DNA from: Luteolibacter sp.
GTDB lineage: Bacteria; Verrucomicrobiota; Verrucomicrobiia; Verrucomicrobiales; Akkermansiaceae
Length of the DNA: 64,000 bases
NCBI GenBank assembly: GCA_051251795.1
Contig: JBPOGC010000001.1
Span: forward strand, 9,207 to 73,206
Direction of reading: 5' to 3'
Position numbers and translations under genes: made by a program. The notes beneath the pieces were generated by a model that was not told where the DNA came from, made no database searches, and worked only from the letters and a program-made list of their open reading frames with translations. Below, in pieces: positions 21,254 through 30,255 of the stretch (position 1 is its first letter; each line of letters starts with the position of its first letter).

Positions 21254-23551
21254 ATGAAATTCACCATCCTGACCCTGACATTTCTAACAATAATCGCCTC
21301 TGCGAAAACCGTCGAATACAATCTCACCATCGCCGAAGAGGAGGTGAACATCACCGGGAAATCGGTAGAAGGAATGACCATCAACGGCGACATCCCCGGC
21401 CCCGTCCTGCGTTTCACCGAAGGCGATACCGCGGTCATGCACGTGACCAACAACATGGATGTCCCCAGCTCCATCCACTGGCACGGATTGCTGCTGCCGA
21501 ATGACATGGATGGCGTGCCCTTCATCACCTATCCGCCGATCAAGCCCGGTACCACATTCACCTACCGTTTTCCCATCCGTCAGACAGGGACCTACTGGTA
21601 TCACTCCCACTCCGGCCTTCAGGAGCAGCGCGGGGTCTTTGGTTCCATGGTCATCCTGCCGAAAGAAAGAACGCACGGCGAAGACCGCGACCACGTCGTC
21701 CTACTCTCCGACTGGACAAACAAGAACCCCAAGGAAATCCTCCGCAACCTGCGGCGCGGCTCTGAATATTTCGGCGTCGAAAAGAAGACCGCCCAAAGCG
21801 TTCTTGGTGCCGCGAAGACCGGGAAGCTCGGTGAATATTTCGAGCGGGAAGCGATGCGCATGCCCGCGATGGATCTCGCAGATGTCGCCTACGATGCATT
21901 TCTCGTAAACGGAAAACCGGAAGAATCCCTCAATGCCAAACCCGGTGAAACCATCCGACTCCGTGTGATTGATGGTTCGGCCAGCAGCTTTTTCCACCTC
22001 AGCTACGCAGGCGGCCCGATGACCATCGTCTCCGCTGACGGACAGGCGGTGGAGCCTGTGAAAATGACGGAACCCATCCTGATCGGCGTGGCCGAAACCT
22101 ACGATGTCTTGGTCAAAGTCCCCGCCAACGGAGCCTACGAGTTCCGCGCCACCGCCCACGATGGCTCTGGCCACAGTTCGCTCTGGATTGGTTCGGGAGA
22201 ACGCCGCGCTGCGAAGGATCTGCCAATGCCATTTGTTTACGACACCATGATGGGCTTCAACTGGAAGAACGCTTTTGCTCTGACTCCAGCCGGAACCATG
22301 GGCATGCCGGATCGCGATGTGGATGCCGGGAAATTCGACAAGCCAGGCATGAACATGGATATGGACATGGGCGGAATGGATCACGGGAAAATGAAAATGC
22401 CGATGGCGATGAGTGGCATGGATCACTCGAAAATGAAGGGCATGAAAGACATGCCATCAATGCCGGAGATGGACAAAGACAAGGGCGTGATCCACAACCC
22501 GCCCGTGTGGTATGACTTCCTGCTGCGCGAGGATGCAGCCCGTTCACCCATGCTCGCCAGGGACTCCATAATGTCCAAGGAGCGGCCATTTCCTCCTTAC
22601 AAGAAACTCCGTGCCATCAAGGACACCTCGTTTCCTGCCAGCGCACCGCGCCGCGAGTTCCGCCTCACTCTGGACGGCGACATGAACCGCTACGTCTGGA
22701 TGATCAATAACAAGCCCATCAAGCCTGAAGACGATATTCTCATCCGCGAGGGCGAGGTGGTTCGCTTCATCATGATCAACCGCACCATGATGCATCACCC
22801 GATGCACCTCCACGGACATTTTTTCCGAGTGATCAACGGCCAAGGCAACCGCGCCCCTCTCAAGCACACGGTCGATGTAGCGCCGATGACAACAACAGTT
22901 TTCGAGTTCATGGCCGATGAACCGGGCGACTGGTTTTTCCACTGCCACCTGCTCTACCACATGATGAGCGGCATGGCTCGTGTGGTGGAATACGAATCGT
23001 TCACTCCCGCTCCGGAAACGGCCGCAGTTCGCGAAGGAATCTATGAGGAAACGAACCCATGGTTTTTCTACGGCTACGCGGACGTCCTCAGCAACGAAAC
23101 CCAGGGAACGATCACGTTTTCCGATCCGCTGAATATCCTCATGCTGAATTGGGAAGCAGGATGGGACGGAGTCGAAGGCACGGAATGGGAAGCCGATCTT
23201 ACCTACGGCAGATACATCAACCGCTTCACCACCGTCTTTGCAGGGGTCTATGCGGAAGGAGTGAATTCCACCCGCGAAGACGAGCGGCTCATTGGAGGCA
23301 TCCGCTACCTCCTGCCGGGAAACTTCATGTCACAGGCCTGGATCGACGACGAGGGCGAAGCTCGTTTCATGATCGACCGTGAACTCATGCTCACTCCCCG
23401 TCTCGGCATCTTTGGCGAGGTGGAATACGACACCCTGGAGGACTGGTCATACCAAGCAGGCCTCACCTACGCGCTCACCCAATATATTTCCGCGACCGCT
23501 CTATGGGACAGCACTTACGGAGTGGGTGCGGGATTCACCTTACGATTCTAA
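21254..23551 (+). CDS. Multicopper oxidase with Met-rich insert and C-terminal beta-barrel-like domain
   Basis: HWHG, WYHSH, HPMHLHGHFF and HCHLLYHM copper motifs; Met-rich segment; C-terminus ends GFTLRF. Confidence 0.92.
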   Translation: MKFTILTLTFLTIIASAKTVEYNLTIAEEEVNITGKSVEGMTINGDIPGPVLRFTEGDTAVMHVTNNMDVPSSIHWHGLLLPNDMDGVPFITYPPIKPGTTFTYRFPIRQTGTYWYHSHSGLQEQRGVFGSMVILPKERTHGEDRDHVVLLSDWTNKNPKEILRNLRRGSEYFGVEKKTAQSVLGAAKTGKLGEYFEREAMRMPAMDLADVAYDAFLVNGKPEESLNAKPGETIRLRVIDGSASSFFHLSYAGGPMTIVSADGQAVEPVKMTEPILIGVAETYDVLVKVPANGAYEFRATAHDGSGHSSLWIGSGERRAAKDLPMPFVYDTMMGFNWKNAFALTPAGTMGMPDRDVDAGKFDKPGMNMDMDMGGMDHGKMKMPMAMSGMDHSKMKGMKDMPSMPEMDKDKGVIHNPPVWYDFLLREDAARSPMLARDSIMSKERPFPPYKKLRAIKDTSFPASAPRREFRLTLDGDMNRYVWMINNKPIKPEDDILIREGEVVRFIMINRTMMHHPMHLHGHFFRVINGQGNRAPLKHTVDVAPMTTTVFEFMADEPGDWFFHCHLLYHMMSGMARVVEYESFTPAPETAAVREGIYEETNPWFFYGYADVLSNETQGTITFSDPLNILMLNWEAGWDGVEGTEWEADLTYGRYINRFTTVFAGVYAEGVNSTREDERLIGGIRYLLPGNFMSQAWIDDEGEARFMIDRELMLTPRLGIFGEVEYDTLEDWSYQAGLTYALTQYISATALWDSTYGVGAGFTLRF

Positions 23552-23593
23552 CAAGTTTCGCATCAGGAAAACCTTCAAACACAAACAACCGAT

Positions 23594-24328
23594 ATGAAAA
23601 AACAAGCAACCATCGACCGCATGGTCACCCCGAAACACATCTGCCCATGGGGCATCAAAGCCTACGACCTCCTGAAACGGAATGGCTACGAAGTCACCGA
23701 CAACCACATTGAGACCCAGGAAGCGAACAAGGCCTACAAGGAGAAAAACGACGTCGACGAAACACCGCAGATCTTCATCGGGGAAAAGAGGATGAACTAC
23801 GACGGCCTTCGCGAACACCTCGGTCTCGGCCCCGATCCGAAGGAAGGCAAGACCTACCAGCCCGTGCTCGCCGTCTTCGCAGTCACCTTCCCCATGGCTC
23901 TCACCGCCTGCTGGGCCTTCCTCGGCTCCCTGGAAATCATTCGCATCCTCGAACTTTTCATCGCCTTCAGCATGTGCGTGCTCGGTATTCTGAAACTCCA
24001 GGATCTCCTGTCCTTCGCAACCGGCTTCGTCCAATACGACATCATCGCCCGGCGCTACGTCCCCTACTCCTACGTCTATCCTTTCGTCGAAGCTGGGGCG
24101 GGCATCCTGATGATCGCCGGACTCTTCACCTGGATCGCCGCACCCGCCGCCCTCCTCGTCAGCACCATAGGCGCGATTTCGGTATTCAAGGCCGTTTACA
24201 TCGAGAAACGCGATCTAAGCTGCGCCTGCGTCGGCGGCGGCAGCGAAGTGCCTCTAGGTTTTATCTCCCTCACCGAAAACCTGATGATGATTGCCATGTC
24301 GATCTGGATGCTGGTTAAGGCATTTTGA
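23594..24328 (+). CDS. Glutaredoxin-like plus MauE/DoxX membrane domain fusion
   Basis: N-terminal CPWG and TPQIFI; C-terminal CACVGGGSEVPLGFISLTENLMM. Confidence 0.85.
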   Translation: MKKQATIDRMVTPKHICPWGIKAYDLLKRNGYEVTDNHIETQEANKAYKEKNDVDETPQIFIGEKRMNYDGLREHLGLGPDPKEGKTYQPVLAVFAVTFPMALTACWAFLGSLEIIRILELFIAFSMCVLGILKLQDLLSFATGFVQYDIIARRYVPYSYVYPFVEAGAGILMIAGLFTWIAAPAALLVSTIGAISVFKAVYIEKRDLSCACVGGGSEVPLGFISLTENLMMIAMSIWMLVKAF

Positions 24329-24437
24329 ATAGCGGAACCGCTCGCTCTTTAAATTTAAATCTGCCCATAGGCTTGTTAAGAAACTATTGAATCACCAACG
24401 AAAGAACTTAAGAATGAACATTAAAACCAAACTAAAA

Positions 24438-24626
24438 ATGACTACGAACGATCCCACTAAGATCCTGAAGCTTGCACTTTCCAGCATGGTTTTTATGACA
24501 ATGGGAAGCTGCAAACCACACTCCTCCCCCGAATCCGGCGACAGTCCCGGCTTCCATCGGCACGGGATACGATCAGTGGGCGAATATCGGCCAGGGCGCT
24601 ACCACAGCCACTCAGATCCACACTGA
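24438..24626 (+). CDS. Possible small His-rich lipoprotein
   Basis: Hydrophobic stretch ending MGSC and a His-rich tail; AC-rich start context; only 62 aa. Confidence 0.3.
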   Translation: MTTNDPTKILKLALSSMVFMTMGSCKPHSSPESGDSPGFHRHGIRSVGEYRPGRYHSHSDPH

Positions 24627-24825
24627 AAATTCGATCCTTGGATAGAGTGAACAATGGGCTCTTGCCACATCCCAGAGTTCGCTCTGCCCATTCTCGATCA
24701 GATAGAGGATCTAAAACACTAGACGGCATCTAGCGGAAAATTAGCCGGCCACTAACGCTATACTTCGACCGCCATACGAGTCCGCCGTCGGGCCTATTCG
24801 TCCGCTCAGATGAATAGCCACTTTC

Positions 24826-25718
24826 TCATTCAGTCTCACTGCTCGAAGCGCATTCCTCGCCCTCCAGTTCCGTGTCTATCGTTACATGGGTGAAATCTTT
24901 TTCATCAAGCAAGTCCCTAACCCGGTTCTTCACTTCGGTGATCTCCCCACGCTTGGAGTCGCTGGACATTACGACGTGGGCGGTCAGCACATGGCTTTCC
25001 CCGTCAAGCGACCAGACGTGGACATGATGCACTCCGCTAACTTTCGGGAAACCTAGGATCGTTTCCTCAAAATCTCCGGCATCGAAAGATTCGGGGGTCG
25101 TTTGCAGGAAGACGGTCATCACCTTTTTCAGATTCCGTCCCACGTTCCAGAGAACGAACAGTGAGATGACGATGGAGAGGATCGGATCGATGATTGGCAC
25201 ATCCCAAATCGCCATCGCCCCGGCACCTATCAGCACCGCACCCCAGCCGAGGTGTCCTCCAGCAGGTGCCAGCTCATTACTTTTTCGGTCAGTGAAGATC
25301 CCTTCCGTGTCCGGATCACCGCGTAGCCGTTGACCGCGATCCCGACCACCGCGAGCGCGATCATGCCGGGCGCGTTGACCGGCTCAGGGTTCATCAGTCG
25401 ATTGACAGCCTTCCATAGAATGAAAGTAAGACCAGCGATCAGCACCAGGCCGGTGATCAATCCGCCGAGCAAGCGGAAGCGTTTGTAGCCATACGTGTGC
25501 TTCGGCGTCCGGCCCTTCTCGGAAAGCCTCTCAAAATACCAGGCGAGGCCGAGGGAGGCGGTGTCACCCGCATCGTGCAGCGCATCCGTGAGAATCGCTA
25601 TGCTGTTGGTCCAGAGACCCCCGAATATCTCCAGAATGGTGAAACCGAGATTGAGAAAGAAGGCGACTTTAAGGTTGCCTTCGCTGCCGTGATCATGGCC
25701 TGAGTGGGAACCGGACAT
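24826..25718 (-). pseudogene. czcD: CDF transporter (CzcD/ZitB-like) split by a 1-bp frameshift
   Basis: The 5' part ends WHLLEDT and the 3' part starts LIGAGAM. Restoring one base at about 25251 gives the canonical WHLLEDTLGWGAVLIGA. Confidence 0.85.
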
Positions 25719-25730
25719 AATGTTATCGGT

Positions 25731-26093
25731 TCATTTCCCGGATCGCGCCCACGCCTTTGCCGCGTCACATTCCGACAAGTCGAAATAGCGCACCTCGGCG
25801 GAGGTGAAGGGCTTCATGAGTTTCGTCATCCATTCATCCCATTTCTTTTCACCGACCATGGCGATGCGGAGGAAGTCATCCTTATGCTCCATATCGAAAC
25901 GGGCATCAGCTCCAAGCGCATCCCAAGTCCAGCCCTCGAAGTCTCTCATTTCCCAATAGAGATTGATCTTCCCGCTTCTCCCGATGCGCTCCTTGAGCAA
26001 AGGCAAGAGGGTCTCGTAATCGCTTTTCTCAAGCTTTCCAGTCATGCGGAGCGCGACAAAGCGGTCGTCGGATTTTGGTAGTATTTCTTACAT
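25731..26093 (-). pseudogene. SpoIIAA-like (STAS/SEC14) protein with a stop at codon 2
   Basis: ATG(26093) TAA GAA ATA CTA... is in frame with MTGKL...WEMRDFEGW...RIAMVGEKKW. A shorter product from ATG 26045 is possible. Confidence 0.7.
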
Positions 26094-26116
26094 GGTTTTG
26101 TTTTTGGTTAGATTTT

Positions 26117-26503
26117 TCAGTGGTTGGTTTCGTCAGTTCCCAACAACTCCCGGACGGCCAAGTCGTGGGCTGCGGTTTCTTCGGGTGATGGTGGGCGCTC
26201 CAGGGAAAACCAAGAATCGCTGCTGTGGAAGTCCATCTCTTTTTTTAGAATCTCATTGGCCACGGGTTCGGTGAGAGCATACTCAATCTTCCATTTCTCC
26301 ACCCGCTGGCGGATCGCCTGTTCGTGTTCCTTGTCATCGGTCTTCATGACGACGGCGATCATAAGGAAGAAAACCCCGAGGATGGGTGTAAAGAGAAGGA
26401 GCTTGTCCCGGAGGGTGAATGACTCCTTTGGTCCTCTTTCCGCCTTCGGGCGTTTGCCCGGGTTTTCGGAGAAAGTTTGCAGCCGTCTCTGCTTCTTGCT
26501 CAT
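26117..26503 (-). CDS. Hypothetical single-pass membrane protein
   Basis: ATGA overlap with the ATPase stop; one transmembrane segment. Confidence 0.65.
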   Translation of the reverse strand: MSKKQRRLQTFSENPGKRPKAERGPKESFTLRDKLLLFTPILGVFFLMIAVVMKTDDKEHEQAIRQRVEKWKIEYALTEPVANEILKKEMDFHSSDSWFSLERPPSPEETAAHDLAVRELLGTDETNH

Positions 26504-28455
26504 CCCTTTTTCTTTCCACTTAGAAGCCTTAGTGAATTCACGATCACTAGCAGCGTGGCTCCGGTATCGGCGAGGATGGCCATCCAAAGCGTGGCATGAC
26601 CCGCGAAGGTGAGAACGAGGAAAACGGCTTTGACCAGAAGTGCGAAGGCGATGTTAAACCGGATCATTCCGAGCGTCCGCTTTCCAAGTCGGATCGCCTC
26701 GGCGAGTTTTCCGAGATCGTCTTCCATCAGAGCCACATCCGCAGTCTCGATGGCCGTATCGCTTCCTATCGCCCCCATGGCAATACCGACCGAGGCGATG
26801 GCGAGAGCCGGAGCGTCATTCACACCGTCGCCTATCATGCCGACCTGTCCGTGCCTGGCGATCATCTCCTTCAGACGGGTGACCTTGTCATCCGGCATCA
26901 GGTCGCCGAAGGCTTCGTCGAGGCCCGCTTCTTGAGAGATCGCGTCCACCGTCCGCTGGTTATCCCCGCTGAGCATGACAATTCTTTCGAGTCCCGCCGC
27001 GTATAGCGACTCAAGCGCCTTATCAGCATCTTTCCGGAGCGCGTCGCCGATTGAGATCAGTCCGAGGATTTCGCCCGGATCGTCGCCCGAAGGTCTCCGG
27101 CCGAGCACAGCCAGCGAAAGGCCTTTTGACTCCACTTCGGCGAGTTGCGCTTCAAATTCCTTTCCGCAGAGTCCGCTTTCATGGACAAGACGGTGATTCC
27201 CGACAAAATAGGTTTTCCCGTCGATCACAGCCTCGGCACCTTTTCCAGCGATGGACTCGTAGTTGCTGGACTCGATCACCGGAACTTTCCTTGCCTCCGC
27301 CTTCTCCACTACAGCTCGCGCTATCGGATGCTCGGAGTGGCTGTCGATTGAGGCAGCGAGTGCCAATATCCGTCCTTCTGATTCATTGGAAAGAGAGCGA
27401 ACCCCGGTGACCTTGGGTTTACCTTCGGTGATGGTGCCAGTCTTGTCCACAGCCAGCGCCTTGAGTTTTCCTAGGGATTCCAGATGGGTTCCTCCTTTGA
27501 CCAAGACACCCCGTCGCGCCAGTGCCGTGAGTCCTGATACAATGGAAACGGGTGTCGCGATCACGAGTGCGCAAGGGCAGGCAATCACCAGCAGAGCCAG
27601 TGCCTTGTAAATCCAGGGTTGCCATTCCGCGCCGAAAAACAACGGCGCGATCAGGGCGGTCAGAATCGCCGCGACAAAAACGATTGGGGTGTAGATCGAG
27701 GCGAACTTGTCCACGAAGCGCTGGGTTGGGGCGCGGCTGCCCTCCGCCTCCTCCACCAGCCGCGTGATCCGGGCGAGCGTGGAATCCGAGGCCACCTTGG
27801 TCACTTTCACTTCCAGCGATCCTTCGCCATTGACCGTTCCTGCAAAAACTTCATCTCCCGGTTCCTTTTCCACCGGAACTGATTCTCCGGTGATGGGGGC
27901 CTGGTTGACTGCGGAGCGTCCGCCGGTGACTTCCCCGTCGAGCGGAATCCGCTGCCCACTGCGGACAAGGATCAGATCACCCACCGCAACATCCGAGGCT
28001 TTGATTTCTTCCGTCGAGCCATCTTCCGATTTCCTCAACGCGGTTTCAGGCGTCAGAGACATCAGGGAGCGGACGGCATTTCGTGCCCGCTCCGCGCTCA
28101 GACCCTCTAGCCACTCGGAGAGCGCAAAAAGGAAAACCACGGCAGCCGCTTCCGCATGTTCACCGATGATCCACGCGCCGATCACGGCCACGGTCATCAA
28201 CACGTTCATATCCAGCTTGAACTTCATCACGGCCTTCCACGCTGCCGGGAAAACAAGCGCACCTCCGGAAAGTGTGGCGATGGCGAATGCGACCATCTGC
28301 CAAAGCTCTGGCACGCCGGTCCATTTCAGAACCAAACCCAGACCTGTGAGCACACCGGCTATTACGATGAAGGTTTTCTGCGGTAGCGGCCCCGACGCGT
28401 GGTCGTGCTCGCAGCCGCAATCGGATTTCTTCACTTCGTGTGTTTGTTGGTGCAT
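26500..28455 (-). CDS. cadA: Zn/Cd/Pb-type P1B-ATPase
   Basis: CGCEHDH N-terminus, CPC, DKTGT, SEHP, GDGVNDAP and C-terminal K..F and ADTG motifs typical of the P1B-2 class. Confidence 0.92.
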   Translation of the reverse strand: MHQQTHEVKKSDCGCEHDHASGPLPQKTFIVIAGVLTGLGLVLKWTGVPELWQMVAFAIATLSGGALVFPAAWKAVMKFKLDMNVLMTVAVIGAWIIGEHAEAAAVVFLFALSEWLEGLSAERARNAVRSLMSLTPETALRKSEDGSTEEIKASDVAVGDLILVRSGQRIPLDGEVTGGRSAVNQAPITGESVPVEKEPGDEVFAGTVNGEGSLEVKVTKVASDSTLARITRLVEEAEGSRAPTQRFVDKFASIYTPIVFVAAILTALIAPLFFGAEWQPWIYKALALLVIACPCALVIATPVSIVSGLTALARRGVLVKGGTHLESLGKLKALAVDKTGTITEGKPKVTGVRSLSNESEGRILALAASIDSHSEHPIARAVVEKAEARKVPVIESSNYESIAGKGAEAVIDGKTYFVGNHRLVHESGLCGKEFEAQLAEVESKGLSLAVLGRRPSGDDPGEILGLISIGDALRKDADKALESLYAAGLERIVMLSGDNQRTVDAISQEAGLDEAFGDLMPDDKVTRLKEMIARHGQVGMIGDGVNDAPALAIASVGIAMGAIGSDTAIETADVALMEDDLGKLAEAIRLGKRTLGMIRFNIAFALLVKAVFLVLTFAGHATLWMAILADTGATLLVIVNSLRLLSGKKKG

Positions 28456-28491
28456 AAATTTAAATAGTCGGGGTTCGTTTGCGGGCACGGC

Positions 28492-29055
28492 TTATCCTTC
28501 GCGGACGACTTCCAAGAGGTCGCCTTCCAGTTTCGTGACCAGACGCATGATGGGGACGGTATCTTCCTCATTCGTAAAATTGGCATTGCTGAGCGCACCC
28601 CGCAGCTCCCGGAGATGATCGAGGGAATCGGAGATCGCATCGCTCTTCGGGGTTTCCCGAAGTTTGGTGACCAGATCGTTGATGCTGGTGACGACACCAC
28701 CCATTTCATCGCTGTGTGCCTCGATGTCCAGATACTCCAGCCGACCTGCCGAGATTCGTTTCAGATGGACGAAAAGATGGTTCACCGGAGAAATCACCAA
28801 CCGCTTGATCACCAGTACGGATGCAACCCAAACGGCTAGGCAGATCAAGGCGACGTGGATAAAATGATGAATGAGAAACTCACCCCAGTCGGCAGGGCGC
28901 TCGATAAGGAACTCCACCAGGGTATAAAGTCCCATCCCGGAAACGGTGGCGATGAGAGTCCACCACACGACTGCGGAGTGTAATGTCCCGGAGCCTACGC
29001 GGATTCCGTTGGGCTGCATGACTGCTGGATTTGCTGAGTTCGTTAGATATTTCAT
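28492..29055 (-). CDS. Membrane protein with HAMP-like domain and no output domain
   Basis: Two TM segments (second with HHFIH), then SPVNHL...ISAG...SDEMGGVVTSINDLV. Confidence 0.7.
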   Translation of the reverse strand: MKYLTNSANPAVMQPNGIRVGSGTLHSAVVWWTLIATVSGMGLYTLVEFLIERPADWGEFLIHHFIHVALICLAVWVASVLVIKRLVISPVNHLFVHLKRISAGRLEYLDIEAHSDEMGGVVTSINDLVTKLRETPKSDAISDSLDHLRELRGALSNANFTNEEDTVPIMRLVTKLEGDLLEVVREG

Positions 29056-29070
29056 GATTGTAAAATGGGG

Positions 29071-29601
29071 CTAGGGATCAGGATGCATGTCCTTCTCGAT
29101 GCTGGGTTTGCTGTAGTAGGAGGCTACCAGACGCCCATCGGTGTAGATTTTGACCGCATACCCGTAGTAGTCTTCGCCGGAGGCTGATACGACCGTTGTT
29201 TTGGATCTGCTTTTACCACCGCTTTTGCTCCGGCTTTTGGACGTGACTTTGTATTCCCGGTTTCCGGTGATCTTGGTTTCTGCGGTTTCCACCACTTTGC
29301 GGTCATTCGCCGGGATGCTGGTTTTTTCCTCGCCTTCTTTGATCACCTTCAGCTTCTGGTGATTCTTCATATCATGGCCGTAAATGACCCATTTCACAAC
29401 CGCTCCATCCAGAGCATTCTGGGAAGTGTTTGTGAGTGTGACTTCGATTTTCCGGGTCTGTGTTTTCGATTTTGATTTCCCCCGGTCATAGGTTGCCTTT
29501 CCCTCGATCTTCGCTTCCATGCGGAGGGAGTGATTTGTCTCCCCGATGGCGTTGAAGGCCATCATGAAGGTCAGAGCGCAGATTGATAATTTGGCTTTCA
29601 T
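29071..29601 (-). CDS. Hypothetical secreted Lys-rich protein
   Basis: Signal peptide MKAKLSICALTFMMAFNAIG; beta-rich sequence. Confidence 0.7.
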   Translation of the reverse strand: MKAKLSICALTFMMAFNAIGETNHSLRMEAKIEGKATYDRGKSKSKTQTRKIEVTLTNTSQNALDGAVVKWVIYGHDMKNHQKLKVIKEGEEKTSIPANDRKVVETAETKITGNREYKVTSKSRSKSGGKSRSKTTVVSASGEDYYGYAVKIYTDGRLVASYYSKPSIEKDMHPDP

Positions 29602-29621
29602 ATATGTTGGATTGGTTGTCC

Positions 29622-29653
29622 AAAAAAGCACCCGACGGGAGTCCGCCGGGTGC
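29622..29653 (-). terminator. Rho-independent terminator
   Basis: Minus strand GCACCCGGCGG-ACT-CCCGTCGGGTGC followed by a T6 tract, just after the 29668 stop. Confidence 0.75.
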
Positions 29654-29667
29654 CGCATCGACTTCGA

Positions 29668-30216
29668 TCAGTCATGATCGTGGCCTTCATGGCCGTCTTT
29701 CTCTTCTTCGCCATGGGCACAGGTGCAGGCGTATTCCTTATATTTGCAGGTCGGGCAGTCGTTCAGGTTAAGATTGAACTTCTCCATCACGGTTTTTGCA
29801 TCCGGTGTGGCCTTGATCTGGACGACAACCGGGAAGTCATTGCCTTCCGGAAACGCTTTGTCCGATACGAGGACTTCCCCTTCCTTGGCAAACGCCATCC
29901 GGGTCGGATTCGAGCGGTCTCCCGCGATGATCGATACGGACTGCTCACCTATGGGCGTGGCTTTCCCATCCTTGTCCAGAGCGGTGATCCGGACTTTGCG
30001 GTCTTCTGTTACGAAGAACTCAAGGTGAGGCTCTACCTCATGGATGACCTTGCCTCCATTCGGACCTGCTTTTGCTTCTTCATGTCCTTCCTCCGCGTGT
30101 TCCGCGTGGTCGTGTCCTTCATGGCTTTTTTCTTCGGCGATCAGGGTTCCGGCTCCAGCGAAGGCGATTGCCAGGATGGATGCCGCTAGTGTTGTTTTGT
30201 TTGTTTTCTTTTTCAT
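29668..30216 (-). CDS. Periplasmic His-rich putative metal chaperone
   Basis: Signal peptide, HEGHDHAEH, AGPNGGKVI, C-terminal CPTCKYKEYACTCAH and HEGHDHD. Confidence 0.8.
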   Translation of the reverse strand: MKKKTNKTTLAASILAIAFAGAGTLIAEEKSHEGHDHAEHAEEGHEEAKAGPNGGKVIHEVEPHLEFFVTEDRKVRITALDKDGKATPIGEQSVSIIAGDRSNPTRMAFAKEGEVLVSDKAFPEGNDFPVVVQIKATPDAKTVMEKFNLNLNDCPTCKYKEYACTCAHGEEEKDGHEGHDHD

Positions 30217-30255
30217 ATGGTTGTTTTGGTTAGTGGGATTGTTTTTCATTTCAGA

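Noticed and set aside
22321-22480. Met-rich quasi-repeats (GGMDHGKM, GMDHSKMKGM)
   Set aside because: This is the ordinary Met-rich copper-binding insert of CopA/CueO-type oxidases.
27707-28618. 303-aa plus-strand ORF
   Set aside because: Antisense shadow of cadA.
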